Assembly (NCBI GenBank): GCA_018992685.1
Contig: JACVGT010000014.1
Location: forward strand, 29,040 to 93,039
Reading direction: 5' to 3'
DNA length: 64,000 nt
DNA from: Theionarchaea archaeon
GTDB taxonomy: Archaea; Methanobacteriota_B; Thermococci; Methanofastidiosales; SZ-28-30
This document shows positions 54,035 through 63,313 of this stretch, in pieces. Under the pieces are notes generated by a model that worked only from the letters and a program-made list of their open reading frames with translations, was not told the DNA's origin and searched no databases. A program made the position numbers and the translations under genes. The stretch's first letter is position 1. Each line of letters starts with the position of its first letter.

Positions 54035-55393
54035 TTATTCGGGGGCTTCTGGAATGTATCCTTTTTCCATGAGCAGCCCGGTCTGGGCCCGGGATTTTCT
54101 GATAATTTCCATGGCCTCTTCCATCAGAGTCTGGCGAGACGCTTTTCTCCTGGCAATGCCCTGCTCAATGGCCTTGAGTCCTACAGCCACAGCTTCTCTG
54201 GGGAACACTTCCCACTCATCCATGGTGGGGACAATGTATTCCTCATGAATACCATTATCCTCAGCAGTCTTGGCCAGCTCAAGAGCAGCTGCAATGCACA
54301 TCTCGTCTGTGATAGTTTTCGCCATGACGTCCAGCGTACCTCTGAAGATACCGGGGAATCCCAGTGAATTGTTAATCTGGTTGGCAAAATCCGATCTGCC
54401 AGTCGCCACGATGTAGGCACCTCCCTCTTTGGCTTCCCACGGCCAGATTTCAGGAATAGGATTTGCGGTGGCAAATACAATGGACTTGTCTGCCATGCCT
54501 TTGACTTCTTCAGAAGTGATGGTGCCAGGACCCGGTTTTGAGGCGGCAAGACAGATATCAGCACCCTTCAAAGCATCCTTAATGGTTCCCGACCGCTGTT
54601 CCTTGTTGGAGTTGACAGCCATATCCCACTTTAAGGGGTTATTCTTTTTATCTGCTTCCAGGTCTTTTCTCTGAGCGTTGAGAATACCTTTCGAATCCAC
54701 CATGATGATATTACCCTTGGTGGCTCCCGCAGCAATCAGTACTCTGGATATGGCAATATTGGCAGCACCTGCTCCGATCATAGTAATGGATGCTTCTTTT
54801 ATCTTTTTCCCAACCAGCCTGAGGGCGTTGATGGCTCCTGCCACCACGATGGTAGCAGTACCCTGTTGGTCATCATGCCACACAGGGATATCCATCTCAG
54901 GATCAGATCGCAATGTATCCAGGATATAGAAGCACTTGGGTTTTTCAATATCTTCCAGGTTAATACCGCCGAAGGAAGGTTTCAGAAGCTTTACCGTCTT
55001 GATAATATCGTCAGGATCTCTGGTATCCAAGCAGATAGGGTATGCGTCCACACCACCCAGGTACTTGAAAAGCATAGCCTTTCCTTCCATAACAGGCATC
55101 CCCGCTTCGGGCCCGATATTTCCCAGGCCTAGTACACGGGTTCCATCTGTCACAACAGCTACAGCGTTCCACTTATTGGTGTATTTGAACACCAACTCTT
55201 TGTCCTTTGCGATCTCTTTGCAGGGAGCGGCAACCCCTGGCGTATACCAGATGGCAAAATCATCAAAGGAGCGGACACATGCTTTAGGGTTAACTTCGAT
55301 TTTTCCCCTGTAAAAAGGATGAAGTTTCATTGCATCTTCATTCGGTTTCATAGCCTTTTTCAGGAGTTCTTCTTTAGTCATTTTTTCATTCAT
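54035..55393 (-). CDS. NAD(P)-dependent malic enzyme (short prokaryotic form)
   Basis: FAIWYTPGVAAPC, VTDGTRVLGLGNIGPEAGMPVMEGKAMLF, GINLEDI, GAGAANIAI motifs. Confidence 0.85.
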   Translation of the reverse strand: MNEKMTKEELLKKAMKPNEDAMKLHPFYRGKIEVNPKACVRSFDDFAIWYTPGVAAPCKEIAKDKELVFKYTNKWNAVAVVTDGTRVLGLGNIGPEAGMPVMEGKAMLFKYLGGVDAYPICLDTRDPDDIIKTVKLLKPSFGGINLEDIEKPKCFYILDTLRSDPEMDIPVWHDDQQGTATIVVAGAINALRLVGKKIKEASITMIGAGAANIAISRVLIAAGATKGNIIMVDSKGILNAQRKDLEADKKNNPLKWDMAVNSNKEQRSGTIKDALKGADICLAASKPGPGTITSEEVKGMADKSIVFATANPIPEIWPWEAKEGGAYIVATGRSDFANQINNSLGFPGIFRGTLDVMAKTITDEMCIAAALELAKTAEDNGIHEEYIVPTMDEWEVFPREAVAVGLKAIEQGIARRKASRQTLMEEAMEIIRKSRAQTGLLMEKGYIPEAPE

Positions 55394-55668
55394 GGGAATA
55401 CCTCCCGTTGCAGATTTGTGTTGGATTTATAAAGGTTTTCTCTGTATTCCGCAAATGCGAAGTTTGGATGTTCTTTCAGTCTCTTTTCCAGTCAGAATCA
55501 GACTTCATTCCTATCACTCCTACATCCTTCTCTCGGACAATTCACAGAGAAGTTGCAGTCATGACCTCCAATGAGAGTTTCTCCCGATGTCTTTTCATTC
55601 CTAGACCCAGTTCCCGGCACGTCTCTTCCCGTTCTGTTCGGAAGACGTATCGTCTGTTTCAGATCTCT

Positions 55669-56037
55669 TTATGTCTTCCTTTCCAGATCAAATTCATAGT
55701 CTCTCTTTTCCAGATTTTGAAACTTGTATACCAGCTTGTGAGCACACAAACAAAAAGTGCAGTTCTTGCATTCGGGAGCAATGTATTCAAGGATAATCCT
55801 GTTGCCCAAGATCTGGCAGTCTCCGTCTGTGATCTCTTCGGCACAGTTAATGTTGACGTAGACTGTGACCATCAGTGTTTCACCATCTATCCACTGAACA
55901 TCTTTCACACCCATGTCTGTGTTATAGGGGTCAATGCTGCTGTCACAGGGGCCAGCAGAAAACTCTAAATGAGGAGACTGGCTGATGCATCCACAGAACA
56001 GGGCCACAAGCATGAACAGGTAATACTTCGGATTCAT
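55669..56037 (-). CDS. Small secreted/lipoprotein (hypothetical)
   Basis: Signal peptide MNPKYYLFMLVALFCGC|IS with a lipobox-like Cys. Cys-rich mature part. Confidence 0.4.
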   Translation of the reverse strand: MNPKYYLFMLVALFCGCISQSPHLEFSAGPCDSSIDPYNTDMGVKDVQWIDGETLMVTVYVNINCAEEITDGDCQILGNRIILEYIAPECKNCTFCLCAHKLVYKFQNLEKRDYEFDLERKT

Positions 56038-56170
56038 GCTTTTCTACTCCGGTTTTTATACTTAAATCTATCGGGGGGATGCAGCTGACTTTTTATGTCA
56101 CCAGGGTCTGGAGTAAAAGACTGCATGACATCCCTGAGCGCAGGCAATCTCTTGCTACATACTTTCAAAA

Positions 56171-56180
56171 AGTTTATATT
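56171..56180 (+). promoter_or_regulatory. TATA box (agtttatatt) 22-31 bp upstream of ATG 56202; leaderless transcript
   Basis: AT-rich box with a caaaa BRE-like stretch upstream. Confidence 0.4.
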
Positions 56181-56201
56181 GCAGCCGGGAACCTGATACC
56201 C

Positions 56202-56771
56202 ATGAATCGACGACAATGGTATGAAGAACATACCCTGAGAATAGGCCGTACAATAGCTCGTACTGGGCTAACACCCAATCAGTTAACTCTTCTCTCTTTG
56301 GTTCCTGCAGTCGTGAGTGCATACTTCTTCGCCAGTAGAAGAGAACTTGTGGGCGGACTCTTCTTGGTAATCATGTTAGTGTTTGATGTTTTTGATGGAT
56401 CTGTAGCCAGAGCTCAAAACAAAAAAACTGATTATGGATTCGTCCTGGATGCTACCATTGATCGCTACTGTGAGATCATCGTTCTTTTTGGGATTCTCCT
56501 TGGAGGGTTTGCTGAAGGATGGGTCGTCTTATTGTGCTTTTCTGGTATGATTATGGCGTCATATGTGAGAGCTCGCATTGAATCCAAAGGTATATCTGCC
56601 ATGAGCATTGGGCTCATGGAACGTATGCAGAAAATGACGATACTGCTCATAGGGGTCGTGCTGTACGGGTTCTTTGACAAAAGTATCACTGTGGCACTGT
56701 TACTTACTGGAATTCTTTCACATGTTACTGCTGCGCAGAGGCTCGCTTACTGCAGGAGGGAATTCTCATGA
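56202..56771 (+). CDS. CDP-alcohol phosphatidyltransferase family protein
   Basis: DGSVARAQNKKTDYGFVLDATIDRYCE matches D-G-x2-A-R-x8-G-x3-D-x3-D. 5-6 TM helices. The long upstream frame from 56079 is rejected. Confidence 0.75.
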   Translation: MNRRQWYEEHTLRIGRTIARTGLTPNQLTLLSLVPAVVSAYFFASRRELVGGLFLVIMLVFDVFDGSVARAQNKKTDYGFVLDATIDRYCEIIVLFGILLGGFAEGWVVLLCFSGMIMASYVRARIESKGISAMSIGLMERMQKMTILLIGVVLYGFFDKSITVALLLTGILSHVTAAQRLAYCRREFS

Positions 56772-57655
56772 TGGTGGCTATTGGAAATCCCGTTTATGAT
56801 CTCATCAATACACCTCTCACTCGAACCACGGAAAGAGTGTTATCTGGCTGTTCCACCAATGCATGCATTGTGTGCAGCCAACTCATGTATGACACGGCTC
56901 TGGTGGGCTGCGTGGGGGATGACTACAAGAAACAGACAGAAGAGATTCTCATGGGGTTCGGAGTGAACCCTTGGCTGTATCCCTCAAGAGAGACGGGTGG
57001 ATTCTCCCTGCTCTACGATGATCAAGGGAACAGGGAGCTGGCCATTCTGGGACGGGCAGATCCCATCAAAGACGTTCCACAAGAGGTTCTCAATGCAGAT
57101 GTTCTCCTGTTTGGACCAATCTTGCAAGAGATAGATCCTTCGCTGGTTGTTAGACTGTCTGAATCATCGCCCCTGCTCTTCTGTGACCCTCAGGGGTTTC
57201 TCAGAGGTATCGAGAATGACCAGATTACCCACTTCTTTCCCGAATCCTTCAAAGAGATCCTTCCTCTGTTCGATGTCATCAAACCCAATGAACTGGAAGC
57301 ATACATCATGACAGGAAAAAACCCCTTAGAATATCCAGAACAGGTCATGGAATCACTGTATGAGTTTGGGACTGAAATCTGTATTGTTACCCTGGCAGGG
57401 AACGGATCTCTCATTTACGATGGCTCCGAGCTTCTGAAAATACTTCCCTATGCCACAGAAGCCAGAGACCCCACTGGAGCAGGGGATACCTACGCTGCAG
57501 GATTCATAGTGGAATACATGCGCACCAGAAACCTGTACAAATCCGGACTGTTTGCTTCCTGCACTGCGTCTATATGGGTAGAGAAAATTGGGCCATATGT
57601 AGAGATCACAGAAGAAAAAGTGAGAAAAAGAGTAGAAATCCTAGAACAACGTTGA
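56768..57655 (+). CDS. PfkB-family carbohydrate/nucleoside kinase (ribokinase-like)
   Basis: C-terminal DPTGAGDTYAAGF anion-hole motif and N-terminal GG region. 4-nt overlap with the upstream gene. Confidence 0.75.
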   Translation: MMVAIGNPVYDLINTPLTRTTERVLSGCSTNACIVCSQLMYDTALVGCVGDDYKKQTEEILMGFGVNPWLYPSRETGGFSLLYDDQGNRELAILGRADPIKDVPQEVLNADVLLFGPILQEIDPSLVVRLSESSPLLFCDPQGFLRGIENDQITHFFPESFKEILPLFDVIKPNELEAYIMTGKNPLEYPEQVMESLYEFGTEICIVTLAGNGSLIYDGSELLKILPYATEARDPTGAGDTYAAGFIVEYMRTRNLYKSGLFASCTASIWVEKIGPYVEITEEKVRKRVEILEQR

Positions 57656-58981
57656 ACCAGTAAAAGTAAACTCTCCAACCCGGAGAGCAGGGGCACAGAC
57701 AGCAGCCTTTGCATACTCCATTCGGAGAATCCCCAGTTCATCACCTATCCCTTGAACGGTGGACAGTGCGCCCAGGACGCTCTGAGTGAATCGCATGTTC
57801 TTCAACCCTTTTACAATTTCTCCATTTTCGATGAGAAAAGTCCCGTCCCTGGTCATTCCGGTGATGACTGTCTTGAGGCGGTGCATGGGGTTAATATAGT
57901 GGAATCGGGTGACCAGAATGGCGCGTTTGCATTCGGAGATCAAATCTTCGAGACTGGATTTGCCTTCACCCATGAACATGTTGGCGGAAAATGGGCCTGT
58001 CCCAAAGGGTAGGTCTATAGCATGTCCGGTATTCTGCGTCCCCGCTTTCTGTGCGTAATATGAATCATACACAACATTACGCGCAATCCCCTGTTCTATG
58101 AGATCCACTTTCTGCCTGGGAACACCTTCTGCATCAAAGGGAAGTGGGAATCCCCTCTCATCCAGTCCATCATCCCATATGGAGATGCTGCTATCTGCCA
58201 CCTGATCTCCAAGATGATCTGAAAAAGCACTTCGCCCTTCAAGGTACGGTTGAGCACCAAAGGTCATCATGGCCAGATACATCAGCATTTCACACACTGC
58301 CTGTTCTTCCAGAACTACCTGGTAGGAACCTGGATTTGCGGGTTCAGTTTTTCTGCTGTTCAAAGCCTTGTGGCATGCCTTCTCAGTCAATGCCTCAGAG
58401 TTAAGGTCTTTGTGGTTGCGGGAAAACCTCTGAGCTATTCCCGTTCCTTCGCCCAATCGGGTGTTGATCTTGAAGCAGGAGAGGGTCCCCCTGAAAAAGG
58501 CCTCTATTCCCAGAGAATTGGCTACAGCGATTTCTTCCGTCCCAGTGTAGTGGGTACCAGACACACTCTCCATGCCCATGGTTTCTGCCTGATCTATAGC
58601 TGCCTTCACCACCAAAGCACGGGCATCTGGTTCCACGTCAGCTGTCTCCTTAAAGAACCCCTTCACTGACGGTACCGGATCAGGTGACGGCAACGACACG
58701 AAATCAGGAATCTCTCTTTGGACCCGGGCAATGTCGTCAGCTCTTCTCACAGCCTCAGCCATGGATTCAGGATCAAGTTGATTGGTCTGAGCCTTTCCAA
58801 TTTTCTTTCCAAAGACAGATCGTATGGTGAGCTCTGCATTGTCTTCCACGACATTCTGATGGATGTAATTGTTGGCAAACCGAGTCAACCCCCAGGACAT
58901 ACCTGATAGGCGGGCTTCACACTGATCTGCTTTGGACATTTTCACTGCTTTCTCCACAATAGATAAATACTCCTCCTTCAT
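57641..58981 (-). CDS. pmbA: PmbA/TldE-family peptidase partner subunit (second copy)
   Basis: 446 aa, PmbA-like with a conserved C-terminal region. ATG overlaps the TAA of the upstream tldD copy by 1 nt. Confidence 0.8.
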   Translation of the reverse strand: MKEEYLSIVEKAVKMSKADQCEARLSGMSWGLTRFANNYIHQNVVEDNAELTIRSVFGKKIGKAQTNQLDPESMAEAVRRADDIARVQREIPDFVSLPSPDPVPSVKGFFKETADVEPDARALVVKAAIDQAETMGMESVSGTHYTGTEEIAVANSLGIEAFFRGTLSCFKINTRLGEGTGIAQRFSRNHKDLNSEALTEKACHKALNSRKTEPANPGSYQVVLEEQAVCEMLMYLAMMTFGAQPYLEGRSAFSDHLGDQVADSSISIWDDGLDERGFPLPFDAEGVPRQKVDLIEQGIARNVVYDSYYAQKAGTQNTGHAIDLPFGTGPFSANMFMGEGKSSLEDLISECKRAILVTRFHYINPMHRLKTVITGMTRDGTFLIENGEIVKGLKNMRFTQSVLGALSTVQGIGDELGILRMEYAKAAVCAPALRVGEFTFTGSTLF

Positions 58982-60396
58982 TAACCCACCCCCGTCCTGA
59001 TGTTTCTAAATCGCGCTGGAGCTGCCCCATGGCCCACAAACATGGTTTGAGAGGGCTCACCTTTTCCGCAATTCGGAACGCCCCATAAGTGCCAGTCTTT
59101 CGATATTGCATCACAGGCCCCCCAGAATTCAGGAGTCAGTGCAGTGTAGCTGGGATTCTTGATGACATCCGTCAGTTCACCATCTTTGATCTTGTATCCA
59201 ATTTCACATCCGAACTGGAAGTTAATTCTCCTGTCGTCAATGCTCCAGCTTTTATTGGTCTGCATGAAGATACCCTCCTGGATATCTTCCAGCAGTTCTT
59301 CAAAGGTATAGTCTCCTGGCATCAAGTTAACATTAGTCATTCGAATTATTGGCATGAAGTTGAAATCAGTAGCCCGCATAGCCCCATTGCTTCTTTCTCC
59401 CATCTGGTGCGCAGTCTCTCTGGATGTCAGGTACCCTGAGAAGATGCCCCTGTCCACCAGAGTGGTTTTGCATGCCTTAACGCCTTCATCATCATAGCCA
59501 AATGTCCCAAGCCCGCCGGGTGTGGTAGAATCTGCCACGATGGTTACAGAGGGGGATCCATACCTGTAGTGACCCAGTTTTTCTTGAGTGAGGAAGCTCG
59601 TTCCTGCATAGCTGGCTTCGAATCCGAGAACTCGATCCAGTTCAGTGGGGTGGCCACACGATTCGTGAACCTGCAGAGCCAACTGAGAGGAATCCAGCAC
59701 AATATCCATTGTGCCTGAGGGACATGTTTCAGCATCCACCAACTTGATGGCTTCTTCTGCCGTCTCTTCACAGTGATCATACAAACTGAGCGCTTCAACA
59801 AATTCATACCCTTGCTGAGAGAAATTCCCATCAAATGAAGTGGGGTATGACCGTTTCTGCACGTCTCCTCCCTTAACCACTATGGCTGTGATACCTGCAC
59901 CGCAGAAAGTGGTGTCCTGATGGATTTTGGCGCCTTCAGAACTGGAAAACCACTTTTCCTGAGACCTTGTGCGCATGGAAGCTTGAGCCACCTTGACATC
60001 CTTGTGTTCAAGGAGAGCTCTGCCACAATCTGACAGAAGGGATAATTTCTCTTCCATGGGTACTGAAAAGGGATCTTTTTTCATGGGAGCTTTCCAGGAA
60101 CCAGTGCAAGGGGTCAGATCTGACAGCTTGATGTCCTCTTTCTTCGCAAGGGCACTGCCTCGTGCTACCTTGACTGCCCTCGTCGCAGTCTGTTCCGGAT
60201 CTTGACCAGCAGCAAAGCCCCAAGCCCCCCTCAGGAGAACACGTACTCCATACCCCTGGTTTACCTTTGAGGATACCTTCTCCGGGTTGCGCCCTCTGAC
60301 TCGAATCTCTTCTTCGCGATTTACCACAAACCGTACATCACAGTAGTCAGCACCTTCGTTTACAGCTACAGCAATTACTTTCTCTAGATCTTCCAT
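58981..60396 (-). CDS. tldD: TldD-family metallopeptidase (second copy)
   Basis: HESCGHPTELDRVLG (HExxxH) and the same C-terminal architecture as the copy at 3323-4729. Confidence 0.85.
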   Translation of the reverse strand: MEDLEKVIAVAVNEGADYCDVRFVVNREEEIRVRGRNPEKVSSKVNQGYGVRVLLRGAWGFAAGQDPEQTATRAVKVARGSALAKKEDIKLSDLTPCTGSWKAPMKKDPFSVPMEEKLSLLSDCGRALLEHKDVKVAQASMRTRSQEKWFSSSEGAKIHQDTTFCGAGITAIVVKGGDVQKRSYPTSFDGNFSQQGYEFVEALSLYDHCEETAEEAIKLVDAETCPSGTMDIVLDSSQLALQVHESCGHPTELDRVLGFEASYAGTSFLTQEKLGHYRYGSPSVTIVADSTTPGGLGTFGYDDEGVKACKTTLVDRGIFSGYLTSRETAHQMGERSNGAMRATDFNFMPIIRMTNVNLMPGDYTFEELLEDIQEGIFMQTNKSWSIDDRRINFQFGCEIGYKIKDGELTDVIKNPSYTALTPEFWGACDAISKDWHLWGVPNCGKGEPSQTMFVGHGAAPARFRNIRTGVG

Positions 60397-60408
60397 AACA
60401 GTCCTCTC

Positions 60409-60987
60409 CTAGTTAGATCCTTTCATCTTCCTTATGAACTGGAACACCCTCCCCCTGAAATCTTCATTTTCTTCCATTCGAAGAAGGATGAGAAACAGTT
60501 CCAGCTTCTTGAGCATGATGATATCCAAAGGTTCGTCGATTTCTTCATATTCTCCAAATAACTCGCTGCGCAGGGCGGTAACGAAGCGTCGACCTTCCGT
60601 AATCAAATCGTCATCAATGTGGATATCCGCGCCCATCTTCTTCATCAGGTGGTAGAGCTTCTCCATCCTCTTGGCAGAGTACGTTTCCAAGAGTCTGGAG
60701 GTTTCTTCAGTTTCGGGCACCAGTATGAAGAAGTGAGCAGTTCGTGCATAGACTTTTTCTGGAATGTGATGAGTTTTCTTCTCTCCCCTCACTTCCACGA
60801 ATCCCGCTTCTTCCAGTTTGCTCATGTGCCGATAAATGGTGGACTGGTCTTTCTGCAACACGTCAGCTATCTGGGAAACAGTCAGTTCACTGAATCTGAG
60901 AAGAGACAGAATATTCCTTCTGGTCTCGTCAACGACAATCTTGATCTTTTCGGGGTCTTTCAGGACACGGGTTTCTGATCTCTTCAT
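60409..60987 (-). CDS. ArsR-family winged-helix transcriptional regulator
   Basis: RRNILSLLRFSELTVSQIADVLQKDQSTIYRHMSKLEEAGFVEV HTH_20 pattern. ATG 60987 chosen because a TATA-like box (ctttatatac, rc of 61008-61017) is centred ~26 bp upstream. ATG 61002 is the alternative. Confidence 0.65.
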   Translation of the reverse strand: MKRSETRVLKDPEKIKIVVDETRRNILSLLRFSELTVSQIADVLQKDQSTIYRHMSKLEEAGFVEVRGEKKTHHIPEKVYARTAHFFILVPETEETSRLLETYSAKRMEKLYHLMKKMGADIHIDDDLITEGRRFVTALRSELFGEYEEIDEPLDIIMLKKLELFLILLRMEENEDFRGRVFQFIRKMKGSN

Positions 60988-61414
60988 GAGTAAGAGTGGC
61001 ATAAAGAGTATATAAAGGTATTGATGTGCAAGGATGCAGGAGTTTGACTTGCTGAGGAGGGGTGAAGGATTTTGCGAACTACGAATGGCAGAATAACTGA
61101 AGATGTTCACGGGAATTCTATGTAAAGGCTCATGAAAAAGAGAGGAGAACCGTGCATACTTCGCAAGTGTCGCATTAAAACTAAATGCCCAACTAGGACC
61201 TGTTTCTGATAGGCCTTTCTCTCGGGCCGAATTCTGTTTTCTCTCAAATGCAGGTTTCTCATCCTCTAATTCTCAGAACCTGTGCCGTGATGCTTAACCA
61301 CGTGCTCTCTTGTGGGGTTCTCAGATTCCGAGATTCTGATTCTCACACTCTGCAGTGTTGTCTTGTCATTTTGGATTGATAATCTTCTAAATATAATCGA
61401 TACAGATATATAAT

Positions 61415-61459
61415 GCCGAGGTGATGTGCATGTGTGTAATATACACACTCATTCTCGGC
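61415..61459. other. Imperfect extended palindrome/hairpin (GCCGAG ... TGTGTGTAATATACACAC ... CTCGGC) in the divergent intergenic region
   Basis: Outer 6-bp arms GCCGAG/CTCGGC and inner GTGTGT/ACACAC arms around an AT loop. Confidence 0.4.
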
Positions 61460-61906
61460 ATGGTCGGGATCATCCTCCTTGGAGGTCCTGTTCCCGGGGA
61501 TGTACCGTACCCCGGATAAGAGAAAGTGAAACACGATAGATGTCTAGGTATACTCAATATTCCTTTTCTTTTTTTGAACGTTCCTGTTTTCAGAAAGCGA
61601 GAGTTGATGTCATTTTCCGAGAATATCTCTGTGCTCAAACTTTTTCATGCATAGGACCCTGCGCTTCCAGAAGGAGACAGATGCTTTTCAGCTCATACAA
61701 GAGGAAGGGTTCCTGCAGACACGAGAAGAATCCACGCCGTCATCTCACAATTTTCAGCCAGGATTCGAATCTGACGTTCCCTAGACTGTGAGGTTTCTAG
61801 CCGCGATATTCAATACAAGAGCAGATTGCTGTGGTTGATGCCAGGAGGATTACTCAAGAACGCTGAGAGCATAAACCCTTTTATAACCTCAGAATACATA
61901 CCACCA

Positions 61907-62809
61907 ATGGACGACGAACTGAAGAACTTGTTGAAAAGGCAACACTACAGAATTGTAGGAAATCATTCCGCAGTGAAGCTCTGTCATTGGCTTCGGAAAA
62001 GCCTTCTAGAAGATCGGTTCTGCTACAAACAGAAGTTCTATGGAATCAGGTCCCACGGTTGCCTTCAAATGACTCCTGCGGTCATTGCGTGCACACAGAA
62101 GTGTCTATTTTGCTGGAGGCCCACTCAATTCACTGAAACGGCCCTTCCTGAATATGATCCCCCAGATTATATTGTTGAAGAAAGCTTGAAAGCTCAAAAG
62201 GCGTTGCTGGCAGGATATTTCGGGTTGCCAGGAAGGGTTTCTGCACGGAAACTCAAAGAAGCTCAAGATCCTGGTAATGTAGCTATCTCTCTGGCCGGAG
62301 AGCCCACCCTGTACCCTGAACTTTCTGAACTGATACGTCAATATAAATCCCGGGGAATGACCACATTCCTAGTCTCGAATGGTACCAACCCGGAAATTCT
62401 TGAGTCGCTGGAACTTCCCTGGAATCTGTATCTGACGCTGGCTGCTCCCACGGAAGCCATCTACAAGAAACTGTGTCACCCACAGACAAACGGATGGTCA
62501 GAAATCATGGAGACAGTGTCGATGTTCTCTCAGCTTGAGACTCAGAGGGTGATTCGGCTCACTTTGGTGAATCAATTCAACATGGTACATCCTGAAGGTT
62601 ATGCCCGGCTCATCGAGAGAGCAGCTCCAGATTTTGTGGAAGCCAAGGCGTACATGTTTGTAGGCTACTCCAGACACAGGATGACTATTGAGAATATGCC
62701 TTCTTTTCTGCAGGTTCAAGAGTTTGCTCATGCAATTGAGGAGCATTCGTCCTATGAGGTTTGTGATTCTCAGAGTGAGAGCAGGGTGGTCTTGCTCAGG
62801 CGATCATGA
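61907..62809 (+). CDS. taw1: tRNA wyosine-derivative biosynthesis radical-SAM enzyme Taw1/TYW1
   Basis: HSAVKLCHWLRKSL, GIRSHGCLQMTP and radical-SAM CTQKCLFCWR (Cx3Cx2C) motifs. Start at MDDELKNLLK. Confidence 0.7.
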   Translation: MDDELKNLLKRQHYRIVGNHSAVKLCHWLRKSLLEDRFCYKQKFYGIRSHGCLQMTPAVIACTQKCLFCWRPTQFTETALPEYDPPDYIVEESLKAQKALLAGYFGLPGRVSARKLKEAQDPGNVAISLAGEPTLYPELSELIRQYKSRGMTTFLVSNGTNPEILESLELPWNLYLTLAAPTEAIYKKLCHPQTNGWSEIMETVSMFSQLETQRVIRLTLVNQFNMVHPEGYARLIERAAPDFVEAKAYMFVGYSRHRMTIENMPSFLQVQEFAHAIEEHSSYEVCDSQSESRVVLLRRS

Positions 62810-62839
62810 ATGGAGCTACTACAACCTTCTCTCATGTGA

Positions 62840-63313
62840 ATGGAGATTCTCTTGTCATCTGAGCAAACCATTATAATGTATTCCCGAAATGGAAAAGCAG
62901 GTGTTATCATGATGCGGCTGATTGTGAGAGGAATTGAAGCTAGAAGATTCTTGAAAGAAGGAGAAACGTTCCCAGAAGTGGGAATCAAAAACAATAGTTC
63001 CATAATAAACATGGAAAAAGAAGATGACGGAATATCCATAGATTTCGTATTCAACACCATTTACAATCCTTCTATAGCCACCATAAAGATAGATGGGACA
63101 TTGTTTTATCGAGGAGAGGATGCTGATACGATTCTTGAACAGTGGAGAGCCAGCAAAACCATAAAAAATGTTCACATACAGAATGCAATCATAGAGAAGG
63201 GATTAATGGAGGCAGTTATTCTTGCAAAAGAACTCAATGTTGTACCTCCCATTCCCTTGCCTCGGATCAAGGAAGAGGAGAAAAAAGTTGAAGAGGAATT
63301 CTACCATGGATAG
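62840..63313 (+). CDS. Hypothetical protein translationally coupled to the SepRS gene
   Basis: 157-aa frame overlapping the next gene start by 4 nt. No recognised domain. Confidence 0.3.
   Translation: MEILLSSEQTIIMYSRNGKAGVIMMRLIVRGIEARRFLKEGETFPEVGIKNNSSIINMEKEDDGISIDFVFNTIYNPSIATIKIDGTLFYRGEDADTILEQWRASKTIKNVHIQNAIIEKGLMEAVILAKELNVVPPIPLPRIKEEEKKVEEEFYHG

Noticed and set aside
61755-61785. tRNA gene suggested by a GGATTCGAATC T-loop-like motif
   Set aside because: Flanking sequence does not form a T-stem, acceptor stem or anticodon arm on either strand.
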